From Camelus dromedarius (taxonomy: Eukaryota), in contig NC_087436.1 in the NCBI RefSeq assembly GCF_036321535.1, positions 111,974,001 to 112,038,000 on the forward strand: a stretch of 64,000 bases of DNA. The letters are read 5' to 3'. Position 1 is the first letter of the stretch. Each line of letters starts with the position of its first letter. Shown here piece by piece: positions 25,211-37,234 of this stretch. The translations under genes were made by a program, and so were the position numbers. The notes below the pieces were generated by a model. It was given only the letters and a program-made list of their open reading frames with translations, was not told the DNA's origin and did no database searches.

Positions 25211-25780
25211 AAAATGGACTGGAACTAGGCAGACTTCTATGTGAATTTTAGCTTCGCCATTTTCTAGCTGTCTGAGCTTTACTGAGGCGTTTAGTTTTAT
25301 TGAAATTCGGAGTCTCCATTTATAATCTTGGGGCAAAGGAGACCATAATAAATAATTAACAGCTGCCCTTTATTGAGCAGCTATTATGCGCTGCGCAGTT
25401 AATCCTTGGTCCTCACCATCTACTGAAATGATTGTTTTCACTTTGCCAATGAGCAAATCGATGTAAAGTTAGAGGGCTTGACCAAGGTCGTCCAGCATAC
25501 AAGAGGCAGAACTCAGGTGTTGAAGTTGGTGTAACACAGAGATGAAGGGTATAAATTCTCTCTGAGGCAGCCTGCTTTGCCCTTCGGCAGCAATGAGGGC
25601 AGTTGTGAATATCAGATGGTTCAATTCATGGGAAAAACTTAAAAAAACTGAGTTATAGGTACTGCTATTAACCCAGGCCCCCAAACATGTGTTTTTTTCC
25701 ATGATCTGCTTCCTTCAGAAAAAAGCCAATTGAGACTGGCCTGTACTTGGCATTTAGTCATTTTTTTTTCTTAAAACACT

Positions 25781-25997
25781 ACTTTTTTTTGGTGGTTGTT
25801 GAAGTGTCAGTTTACAATATTGTGTAAATTCTGGTGTACAAAATAGTGTCTCAGTCATCCATACACATACATACATTCATTTTCAGAATCTTTTTCATTA
25901 TAGGTTACTACAAGATACTGAATATAGTTCCCTGTGCTGTACAGTAGAAACTTGTTGTTTATTTTATATATATTAGTATCTGGAAATCTCGAACTCC
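25781..25997 (-). mobile_element. Younger L1 3' end (antisense)
   Basis: gtcagtttacaatattgtg...tctggtgtaca...ggttactacaagatactgaatatagttccctgtgct. Same family as the 56.2-kb copy. Confidence 0.88.
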
Positions 25998-27149
25998 TTT
26001 TTAATTCCCTTTTGCCATCATCATTTTTCTCTCATCATTAAAGACTAATTCAAAGGCTTTATATATGTGTTTAGGGGTCAGTTGACAATGATAGCTTGAA
26101 AATATATCCCCCCAATTTTTATGTCGGTTTAAAAATATTGGCCAACAGACAAAGTGGGGTCAACCATCTAGGTCTCACAAAAACTTTGTGCAGTGATTTT
26201 CTTGAGTTGGGTTTTTGATGGAACAAAAAGGAATTTCTCTCATTCATTCATTCTTTCATTCATTCATTCTATCAGACAAAACACAGAGATAACTATTTTA
26301 TGTACCTATGATGCATCTGACACAGTGAAAGCACATAGTCGATTTTTATTTTTGGAATGTCCTAAGATTTGTGGCCAAAGCCAATTGATTTTATGTGTAT
26401 GTGTATAGTTACCTAATGTGACCTTCTCCTATCACACCTGTCCTGACATTTCCTGAGATGCTGACTCATCTCATGTTCCATTACAGTTAGTTTGAATCAA
26501 ATGATATTCCTCTTCTTGGATCATTACTCCTCCCCTGACTTCTGCCAACACTCATTTGTCTGGCCCCATGGAACCATCTGGCTACTCATGGACAATTCTT
26601 TCACCTCTTTGGTAGCCTGAATCCTTTCTCTTCTCCTAGTGACCAGATCAGCGTGGGTTCTTGCGGGACTTTTATCTTCCACTGGTCCATTTTCTAGCAG
26701 AAGTGCTAAAAACCACGAGTTAATTACAGGAAAATGGAGGTAGAGGAACTGATCTAGTCACTGGGCCTCTGAATGATTAGCAAGGCAAAAGAGAGTTGAT
26801 ACATTTCCATCCAGAGTTGTACCGGTGTGATAGACAGGTGTGTCACTGCCAAGTACACAGGTTACAAACAGCTGAAGTGATTTGGAAACATGCGTGATTT
26901 ATGAACATTTTTGATGTAGCATTCCTTAGAACATGGAATGTTTCATCCCTTAGAAATGATACTAAAGATGGTGGGTAAAGGCAGGAAAAGGGCATTGGCT
27001 TGGTCTCCACTGTGTTCCAGGCACTCTGCTGGGCACCGCTCTGCCCACTAACTTACTGAATTGTCACAGCTACCTTGCAGGATAGTTATTAATATTACTA
27101 TTGTTGCATCTACTGCACAAGATATTTGTTACTGTTGTTATTATCATTA

Positions 27150-27260
27150 TCTTTATCCTTCATTTCCAAGACAGAAAACAGGCTCAGGGAGGTAAAATAA
27201 TTTGTCCAAGTGCACAGAGCTGGAAAGAGCTAGTGTTAGGGTCAGGATGAGTGGGCTCTG
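27150..27260 (-). mobile_element. MIR SINE fragment
   Basis: agaaaacaggctcagggaggtaaaataatttgtccaag. Confidence 0.7.
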
Positions 27261-29515
27261 AGGACTGCCCACAGGACAAGTTCCACCAGCAATGTAAGAT
27301 GACCTGCCATACTACACGGTACCGGTGTCCTTCTGGGCATGAGTCCTGGCAACCAGGCAGTGCATAGAGCAAGTAATTGGCAGGCAAACCCAACCTGAGA
27401 CTCAATATGCCCTTTTCCCTCTCCCTTCCTTCTCTCTGAATCCCAGTCCTTGCCTTCCCAAAGACGCCAGAGAGGTGAGTTGAACAGAGGCTGGGGCAGG
27501 TCTTAGATGTCTGATGATCCAGGTTGAAACCCCAGCCACCCTATTTAATGGCTGCGTGTACTGGGGCAAGTTACTTTCGCCATCTGATCTGATTCTGCAG
27601 TTGTAAAGCTGGGATACTGATGTGAGCAGTGTGATCCACTCACCAAATGGCTTTGGTTGGATTGTACCATGGGCCCAGTGCCATTCTAGGGACTGGGAGA
27701 GGGAGCAGCAGGCAAAATAGAGCCCCTACTTACAAGAAACTTATACTGCACTGAAGAGGGAAGAAAGCCAAGAATCAGGGTGGTAGTGAGGAGTGAGAGA
27801 GTGTCCAGAAAGTACTTGGAACAGTGCGTGGCATGTGGTAAGCGCTCGGTGAATGTTAACTATTATTCTTTTTCCATCTGAATAGTGATTTGAAATACAA
27901 TAAACCCATGTATCCAAGCTCCCAAACAGGGTTTCTTGCTCCAGCTACGTCTCCACTCCTAAACCCACAGATTTTTCTAGAAGCTCTGACAGTTTCCACA
28001 GCAGCCAGGCCGTGTGCCACGGTCTCAGGTGTGGAGCAAGGCTGCCTGTTAGGTGACACTTGACTGTCTCTTGCCAGTGGTTTTGAGCCCTGGGACGTTG
28101 CGGACCAATCTTGCACCCTTCCTTGTATTCCCAGGTCCTGCACATAACAGGTGCTCGATAAATATTTGTTTGTGAAAGGAGGTGAGGGCAGGAGTAGTTT
28201 GTATACAGAGCCACGAAATACCCCTGCATGATTTTGTATTTACTGTGTTTTACTAAGAAACGAGCTGGCTTTTGTTGTGGTGTTTGGGAAGAGGCCAGCG
28301 GAAAAGAGACAAAAATATTCATTCGTCTGAGCTTCTTATCTGAAAAGAGGAACAGTGTCCATGTTCAGTGGCCCCCAAATTATTCCTGCCAGAACTGAAC
28401 GCTTGCTCCTGAGGCCTGCCAGTGAGGACAATTTAATGTTGTCATAAGCAGAACAATTTAATGGGAAGAAGAGAGGCTGGTGAGATCTTGGCCAGGGCCC
28501 CAGGGTGGGGGCAGTTGAGTAGGGAGCAGCGGGCCTCTTCTGTCTGCCTCCCCACTTCCATCCAACAGGCATCTGTGAACCACCTCGTCCTGAAACCTGG
28601 AGAAAGATTATGCTTAAGATTTTGGGGATAAATTGAGCATAACACAGAGAATGAGGCCTGGGATGATTCCCCTTTTAAATATAACCCTTTGCATAACCTT
28701 CCTCGTGCATTGTTAGCAGAGACCCTTCCCTTCCCTTCAAGGTTAGCGATGATTTGAACTGCCCTCAACTGGGCCAGTTTCAAAGTGTTTTCTGGATGAG
28801 CAGGGGAAACATTCAACCTGAAACAAACAAACAGAGTTCCTGGGATGGTTTGCATTCCACCGAACTGCTCTATTTTTTAATATCTGTTTTAATAACAAGC
28901 TGGTGATTGCCTGTAATCTAAAACCAGTTCTCAAGAACAAGCAACGTGCGTGTGATGGTTGGGTGTACACAAACTCATCCATCTACGTGTATCCACACAG
29001 CGATACTTGTATCTTTCAAGGGGATATTTGCATAGAGTAATTACAAGCCACATAACTTATTTTTTTGAATAAATTATCTTAAAAAAATGTACTCTCCTTA
29101 ACCTGGTGGTAATATTGTGGTTTCTGTTTGTACAATCGGACTCTTCAAAGAGCAAAGAGAAAGAGAGAGAAAAAAAGCTGAATGCATTTTACATTAAATG
29201 TAAACCCTTTTCTTAAAAAAAGTCACATTGTGTTCCAGAATATGTTTATTAAATCTCCCCAAATATGTCCTCGAGAATTAATTTTCATTCGCTTTGCATT
29301 AACTCATTTATTGAATTGGAATTCGGTCCCCATTTGAGGCAATTAATTTGAAGAGTGGCCACATGCCTGCCTACACCCTTTCTAGAACACCCACGCACAT
29401 ATGCTAAGTACCCAGCCAGCAGTGACTTGGGTTTTTCTGCCTTTTTTCTTTTTCTTTTCCACTTTGGGATATTTTCTGTGCTTGCCTGTTAAATGAATGA
29501 TCTGTCTCTTTGCAG

Positions 29516-29618
29516 GACAGCGACAACCTCTGGTGGGACGCATTTGCCACTGAGTTTTTTGAAGATGACGCCACATTAACCCTTTCGTTTTGTTTGGAAG
29601 ATGGACCAAAGCGATACA
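29516..29618 (+). CDS. LDB2: Internal coding exon (probably exon 2) of LIM domain-binding protein 2, N-terminal dimerization domain
   Basis: Acceptor tctctttgcAG ends at 29515 and donor GTaaga starts at 29619. The exon is 103 nt (34 codons + 1 nt, phase 0 in, phase 1 out). It translates to DSDNLWWDAFATEFFEDDATLTLSFCLEDGPKRY, which I recognise as LDB2; the paralogue LDB1 reads ..WWDAFTTEFFEDDAMLTITFCLEDGPKRY. Confidence 0.97.
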
Positions 29619-31484
29619 GTAAGACAGAAGTTTATTTTCTCTAATAGTCTCTCTCTCTCTCTCTTTTTTTTTTTTTTTGCTCCTGTAAGAAAACCACAGA
29701 GTCTTCAGAGAATAGCTCAGTGCTGACAGGCTGACAATAATCCCTGTGCTCTTGCCTCCAATCAAGCCACTGTCACCGGGTGGCAGCCTGACTCGGCTGT
29801 GGGAGATTTCCTTAGAGGCTGAGAATGTTTGGGCACTTGCCTGGTTAGTGAGCGAGGCAAATATGAACCAAGTCACCCAGCGATAAGCGGGAGCTGAGTT
29901 GTACAGACTTGCTATCCATTTCTTCCCTGAGATCCTTCTTTATCCTTGACAACTCACACTTCTCACCCAATGTTCTGCTTCTGAAGTTCCCTTAAAAAAA
30001 AATAATCCTCCCAGTCACTGTATCAGCTGCATCCTTCTAATTCCCTCTTATCAATTATCTCAGGTATTTATTTGACAAGTGCTATCTTTTCTTGGGGGTG
30101 GGGGAGCCCACAGCTGCTTGGAACACACAGTTTTGGATTAGTGTTGACAGAATTTACAGTTCCTTGTCTTTCTGGCGAGTGATAACTCTGTAAAGATCGT
30201 CAAATTACAGCCTGTGGCACCTTGGGTAACAGCTGATCTGTCCTGATTAGGTTCAGCCAACTTGTCAGAGATCAGATTTGCTAGTTGTGCTGTAAGACCA
30301 AGAGGCATAGATACATCAGCACAAAAGCAATTAATGTCCAGTTAGATCAGAGAGAGATGCGTTTTCAGAAATCAGCCTTGTGCGTAGGAAAGGATCTATC
30401 TATTGTAAAACAGCCCAAATGTCACAAGCACGGAGCTGATGATGGAACCAGCCACAGTATGTATGAACAGGTTGGTCCAGAGCATTGGGTAAATGATAGG
30501 TAATCGGGCCTTGATAAACACAATTAAAAGGTCAGATTGTTGCTGAATGTATTTCAAAGCCCCTAGAGTATAACAAGTGTTTGGGCTTTTTTTTCCCCTT
30601 AATTTTACAGGACTTTAGACTACTTAGTATATTTGGATCTATTGCATGATGAGTTGATTAATTATGCTAATACATACATGGTAATTTTGCAAAAGTGGCA
30701 AACTGGGGAGAGCAGGACCACTTGGATTTGCTGCCGGATTGAAACTCATTGCAAGGAGTCTCTCTTTAGATTTGTATATTGTGGGCTTTTGGAGGCTGGG
30801 GCATTTTCAATAAATATTTGGGTTGAGAGGGGCAGCCAGCATGCCAGGCCAGGGGCTGTTCTAGGAGATCTTTACATTCAGTGAAATGACGCCTGTTGCA
30901 AGCATCGGCCAGCCCCCCTCATCCAGATCCTGATGAGTCCGCTCGCTTTTCTGTCTGTGGGCGCCCCCAGGCAGCCTCACACCCTAGAGAGTGGGAGAGT
31001 CGGGCGCAGAAGCTACCGTTTCAGAATTCCCTGTGAGATAAATGAACTCGGCAATCCAACAATTACTCTGTCCCCAAAAGCCAGCCTGATCAATGGTGAA
31101 TAATTTCGAACCGAGCAGTCATCCATCCTCCCATCCTCCCAGCCTTCTGATTTTTTTTCTGAGGCATAAGCTCAGATAACTTCACGTTATCGTTGTTTTA
31201 TGTTCCCGTGCTTTTTTTTTGGTGGGGGGGTGAGGAAAGAGGGGTTGTGAATCCAGCAGGGTCTGCTCAGGGAACCAGAAGTACAGTTTGAAAGCCTGTA
31301 CTATGAAAACAGATTCTCCATCTCCCCTCTGTCCACCCCAGACCCCGACATCATTTGGAGGTGAGGCGTGATCAGTGCTTGTTTAAGATCTTACATTCAC
31401 GTACAGGAGTAAATGCCTGACTACGAGCCATTGTTGCCCAGGTTTCTTTGTTTCTCTGAGCCAAAATATTTCCCAAGCGTAGAA

Positions 31485-31600
31485 GAGAAACAAAGATGAT
31501 TGACAGCCTGGAGCCGAGACTCATCAGCTGCCTTGCTGACAGCCTGGTGATGTGCACACACTGCTGATGTGCAGGCAAGTGACAGCTGATTGACAGCCTA
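31485..31600 (+). promoter_or_regulatory. Candidate intronic enhancer: PBX-MEIS/PREP site cluster
   Basis: TGATTGACAG at 31497-31506 and 31587-31596. TGACAG at 31537 and 31580. CAGCTG E-boxes at 31525 and 31583. Confidence 0.55.
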
Positions 31601-31974
31601 GGGCCGGGAGATAGGGAAGATGAAGGATGCTTAGAACGCCTGACGCGCTGTTTATGCAACGCTGCGAGCTTCGGCGTGGCCACCTTAACCCATTCGCGGT
31701 CTGGGCACACTGTGCCGGGCAGAGAAAACACCCAACTGGCCCTGGGCTGGGGGCTGCAGCTCTTCCTTGAGACCTCACAGGTGGCTGAGAGCTTTGTATT
31801 TCCAAGGAAGAAAGCAGGACTTGGCTATTACATTTATATATGTAAAACATTTCCCCCAATTCCTTTCATTCTAGGTACAATGAAACATTCCAGGTTTATT
31901 TAGCCCTTACCAGAAAAAACTTTTCCTTCTTCCTTCCCCCAAGTTTTCAGAGGGTCCCTCTGGCTCTCAGGTAT

Positions 31975-32175
31975 CTTATCTCTAAGCTACTATCAATCCC
32001 TAAATATGTGTTTCCTTGTTTATTTGCTGTCTGTCATCCTCTATTAGAATAGCTCCTTCGTGTGCACAGGGGCTTTGTTTTATTTATTGCTGAAATTCTC
32101 AGATTAAGACAGAAATTTGCACATGATAGGTGCTCAGTAAATATTGATTGAATGAATGATTGAATGGATGAATGG
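31975..32175 (+). mobile_element. L2 LINE 3' end
   Basis: tgtctgtc...ctattagaatagctcc...ataggtgctcagtaaatattgattgaatgaatg. Confidence 0.8.
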
Positions 32176-33384
32176 ACATTTGGTGAAAAATTTATAGCCC
32201 GAAACAGAATGTGGGCAAAACAATCCCTTTACTGAGATCTTTGGACTTTTTTAAACAGGAAGAACTTAATCCACCATGATTTGCTGGTGTTTTCCAATAA
32301 GCTCTAGGATACGGTTGTATTTATTTTAAGTTGGAGGGGGGCACCCAGCAGTATAATAATTCAGGAAATAGTTATGTTTGGGGAGACATTCTTCCTTTCG
32401 GAAAGCAGCTCTGTATTGGTCCTGTTGCCCCACCCACCCAGTCCCTACTCTCCTGATGGGAGTGGGACCCCATCCCCAGGTGAGGTATGATCCGGACGGC
32501 CCGATGGAGACACTGATGTCTCTCTAGAAGACAGGGGTGGGGTTGATGTGCAGAGGGGCCCAACGGACAAGGTCACTGGACCTTGTTAGCAGCTGGACTG
32601 TGCGTCTGTGAGGCCACATGCCTGCCCTTGCCTTACGGAGCATCAGGAAGGTGTTTCCCCAGCAGCTGGAGAGCCAGGCAGCTCCAGGGAGGCGGTTTCT
32701 CTGGGGGTGAGCTGCAACCTCAAGTGAGGAAGAGGGGCAGGGGCATGAGACTCCCTCTTCCTCAGCAGGTCCGTGGCTAAAGACCTTTAGAGCTGAAAAG
32801 TGTCTTTTCTGAAAAATAGACCCTTGGCCCCCAGAGCCCCAGCTGGGAAGTCATTAGGCCTCAAGTCAGCCAACCCCAAAGTCAGAGTCAGGGCGTCCAC
32901 CTCCCTCCCTCCCATCCTATCCCGACACCTCCCATAGCCAAGGGGAAAGCAGCGGAGTTGTCAGTTCACACATTTCCAGGAACAAAAGTCACAAATAATT
33001 ACGGCGTCTTATTTGACAGAGAAGACCAGGCAAGCAGAGGAATGGGGTTCTCAGAGCCCTCTGTGCACTTATTTTACAAGTTCAGCGAGGTATATGATTT
33101 TCATCTTGGACAGAAGCAACTGTCATAGGTCGCTTGCTCACTGCTAACTTTGAGCAAGAACTGATTTTCCTCTACCCCCTTTTTGAGCATGGACCAGCAC
33201 AGACACCCTGGGGTAAAGATCCCGGTAACCCCCTAGGAGACCTAGGCCGTGTCCAGGGCCACACTGGTCATGTGTCTTCATCTCTAGGAAGTATCTGGTC
33301 CCCAATTCGTTCAGGAAACATTTCTCTGCTGGAAGAGATGCATAGAGAAAATTCTCCTGAGTCCCATGTCATTGGAGAGGCTGG

Positions 33385-33560
33385 GAGGCTGCGTGGTGTG
33401 GTAGAAAGGGCACAAGTGTTCAAGGTGAACACTCTTGGGTCTTGCTCTGTGATTGGGTTGGTAAACAGAGCCTCCATTTCCTTATCTGTTAAGTGGGCAC
33501 AATACGACCATCGCCGGCTTGCAGTGAAAATTTAATGAGATAATATAATCAAGGCACCTC
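33385..33560 (+). mobile_element. MIR SINE
   Basis: ggtgtggtagaaagggcac...gagcctccatttccttatctgttaagtggg...aatgagataata. Confidence 0.7.
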
Positions 33561-35244
33561 AGAGGACTTACAGACTACGGCAGGCAGCACTGACCAGTAT
33601 TGTGGACACCGATGCACACCTTGGCATCTCCGTAGCTTGTGTGCGTTGGACACCCTTGATATTGGCAGGTGCTTATGAGGTGTGCACAGCTTTCTGCACA
33701 GGCTTGCTGGGCAGCAGGGAGCCTACAGACCCCTCTGAAGGGCAGCTCCTGCTGAAATGCGGCATTGAAGACATTACCTCCTCCTGGGGTTTTGGCTGAG
33801 AAGCCCACTGGTCATCGCCGGTAAGTGATGTGTGGGAGGAAGAGGAGTGTGACTGAGTACTTGCCGGCTCTGCGCTTTGAGAGCTAAAGACTCCAAACAC
33901 TAAACTATGTCTAGGTTGGCCCTGCTTTGGAGGTTAGGGGAGCAGGGATGCTACAAATACTAACACGCCATCTTGTTTTGGAGCGCTTCCTGTTGGCTTG
34001 CGTTTTAGGGAAAGGTGTGTGGTTCAGGCAGGGGTTCCGGGTCTGACACCTGGGTTCAAGCCCAGCTTTGTCTCCCACTACCTTTGTGACTTGGCAGAGG
34101 TCACTTTCTAAGCATCAGGGGATGCATCGCCAAAGTGAAGGTTGATGAGATGACACATGTAAATTTCTCAGCCGAGTTTCCAGTGCCTGGAAGATGCTCC
34201 ATAAAGAGCTGTTCTTACTGCACTGAATTCCAGTGAGCACACTTCAACATCTAGACTGAGATCCAGGACATTGTAGCTTGAGGGTTGATGGGTCCCAGCA
34301 ATTTTCTGTCCTGCACTGTTATTTCATCTTGACTTCCACATTTGTTCTGGAGGGAGGATTTCTGGCAGGACTGCACACCTTCCTAGTCACCCGAGCCAAA
34401 GACAATTCCTGTTGACTCTGTAGCTGCCGGGGGTTCATTTCACTCTCCAAAAGCAGAGAGTTATTTTGGGGACATGTCATCGTTCTCCATGCCTTTCTCT
34501 TCTGTTTTCCTCAGTCATCAGGTCCCATGAGACACCTGCACGTCGGCCCCTCTGTGGAGTCATTTCGGCACACGCTGCTTCTCTTTTACATTTTCTTCCC
34601 TACCTCCCTTTTCCCTGAAAGCTCTGACAGTACTGCAGTGTTGATGAAGTTCTTCCACTTTGTCTTCTGGTATCTGTGAATTTGGATGTGTCCTCCTAAG
34701 GCAGGAAATTCTACAAAGCCCAAGTAGCTTGGCTATCTCTGGTTACATTTTTCCCCCTGTTTTTTATTGGTCCACCTTGTCCAGCTGGGTTTTTATTGCA
34801 CTTGCTGTATAAGAATTCTGCAAGCATTTCCCCCCACTTTCTCTTTCTCTCTAATATCATATTCCATGATTAAAAAATATATTTCTGGGAAAAATCATCC
34901 CTTGAATATGCACCTAGGTGTTCTGGCACCACGTTTAATAACTACAGGGGCATGAATGTGGGTATTTTAAGAAGTTACACATGAAGAGCGTGCATGCAGC
35001 ACACAGGGAGGAGGGATTTACAAGACCAGAATCTGTGCCTGGATCTTTTCTATAAATAACACCTCTAAAGAGTCCACCTGAGTTCTGGAAAAGTACAGGT
35101 TCGTGCGGCCAGTGCCTAAAGATCCTTAGCTTCCTCAAGAGACACGTGCCAAGCAGTCCAGGCGCTCTTCCTCTGAAAAGTAACTTTGTTCCTCTGAAAA
35201 TTCTTCATTCTTTTCTTTCTTTTTTAATTTATGGAGATAGAGAT

Positions 35245-35490
35245 CAAAAGCACGGACTCTGGATTATTTTGAGTCTTGGCCGCACCATAGTTGGGTGATG
35301 TTGGGCAGGTGACGGGATGCTGGGCCCACTGCCTGAATGATCTTGACTTCAGTTTCTTCATGATCTTCATACGTCATATCAGGTGACAATAATGCCAACA
35401 TCATAAGATACTTGTGAAGATTAAATAAGATGAAGTAATATGAAACCTTAGCTTAGTGCTGCCCTTGAAAAATATACAATAAATACTTAT
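35245..35490 (+). mobile_element. MIR SINE
   Basis: gtgatgttgggcaggtgac...cttcagtttcttcat...ttgtgaagattaaataagat. Confidence 0.7.
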
Positions 35491-37234
35491 TACAGGAATA
35501 AATGAATGGATGAATAAATGAGTAAGAGAATGAATTAAGCCTTTGATATGCCAGTCACTTGGAATTAAACGAGAGGATAGTTCCCTTTATTCATTCTGTC
35601 ATTTAGTACAGAGCCGGAAAATCTCTGGCTCTGGGCAAAGCCAGATCAGACTTGTCTTCTTTCTATATGAGAACCTTAAGAATTTAATGACCTACTGGGA
35701 GAAAAGCTAATATTAAAGGAAGATGGTGACTTAAATAAACAAGTCCCAAACTACTACAACTATGACACCTGTCCAACAGAGGGCAAAGTTTCCATCTTCT
35801 ATTTTGCCCAGAGAACTAGGAGCTGTTGGACACTTACTGAGTGCCAGCCCCTGTGCTAGGCTCCTTCAGGCTCTATGACTTGTTTACTGAGGACCAGATA
35901 AAGGGAAATGAACTGTGACTGCATTCAAAAATTAATCTAAGAGAAACGAGTAGCCCTTCAGAGTAGCCCTTGATGGTGAGTCACTGGATGATTGTGGCGT
36001 TTTTGTTACATGATGACTGAGGTGTCTTTGTCTCAGATGACTCTGGAAAATGCTTTCCTTTGCTTAGAGCTGCACTAAATGGTTTCTGGAAAGCTCTAGT
36101 CCTTGAAATTGTAATTTTAGTGAGTGGTCTTTTTCAACAGAAGTTTTCATTAGGCTGGTAAGATTTGGAGTAAATTAAGTTCGGACTAAAGCAGATGTTC
36201 ATCTGAAATTCATTTGTCCCTTCACTCATTCATTGATTCATTCATTCAGAATGCCCTGAATTCTTGCTTTTTGCCAGACATTGTTGTTGTGGGGTAGACA
36301 GATCTTGAGAAGTGGCAGTTCATCACAAATTTCTTCATTTACTTTTGACTTCAGTGTATTAAAAACTCTTACCTTCAATTTACATAATCAACTCAGTAGC
36401 TCAAAAAGAAAATAGTCTTGTAATAGTCATGCAAAATCTGGGACTAGTTATAAGAGAGACTGGAGAGAAAGCCTCTGACTGATAGATGAACTAACAGACT
36501 TCTGAAGGGAAAGAGGAGACTGAACCTCTTCCCATTTGTGGTTTCAAATTGATGATATCAAGAATTGTAAATTGGTCATAACAAGAGATTGAGCAGACAT
36601 CCCATTCTCTCATCTGCTGATAAATACCACACCGATGATCCCAAGAGAAAATGGACAGAAGAGTGCTTTGAATAAATTTAAAGTGCTATACAGGTTGAAG
36701 GTATAATTATCATCATATTTATAATTGAGCTTTAAGATTTGGTGACTTTTTATTTTGCATTTAAAAGTCAAGCTGTTAAGAAATCTGGGAGGATTCTTGG
36801 CTCTTTTCTCACGGGGGTAAAATTCATTGCAAAGATACAGGCTTGAGCAAGTCAGACATATGACTGCTCCCAAGAGCTTGGCTAGGAGGTCTGAATGAGG
36901 TGCTGGTCAGGAAATGGACATTATGCTTCATTTTTGAGACTCTGTGACTATGATATCCATGGGGTCCCGGCATGTGCATTTCCTGACTCTTGGCTTTGTG
37001 GAGTATATTCCTACTCGTATTAGCCTCCCTATGGTTCTCAAACCAAGATGGCACCACCTCATGGTGGGTAACAGGATAAATGTGGCCAGCTTCTCATTAT
37101 CATAATGATGGGTGGTGCTACTGGCATTTATTGTCTGGGGGCTGGAGAAGGTAAATGTTCTGCTCAACAAAAAAATTATTGAGAAACAGCTTACCTGGTC
37201 CTCTTTGCATCCAATTTACTCATCATCTTGAAGG

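Larger units (their letters stand above)
1..29515 (+). other. LDB2: LDB2 intron upstream of the exon (3' part)
   Basis: No other LDB2-like coding exon recognised. Repeat-rich non-coding DNA. LDB2 is known to have very long first introns in mammals. Confidence 0.8.

Noticed and set aside
29382..29876. 164-aa minus-strand ORF (longest in the track)
   Set aside because: It is antisense to the LDB2 exon and runs through pyrimidine tracts (K/E/R runs). The real frame is on the + strand.
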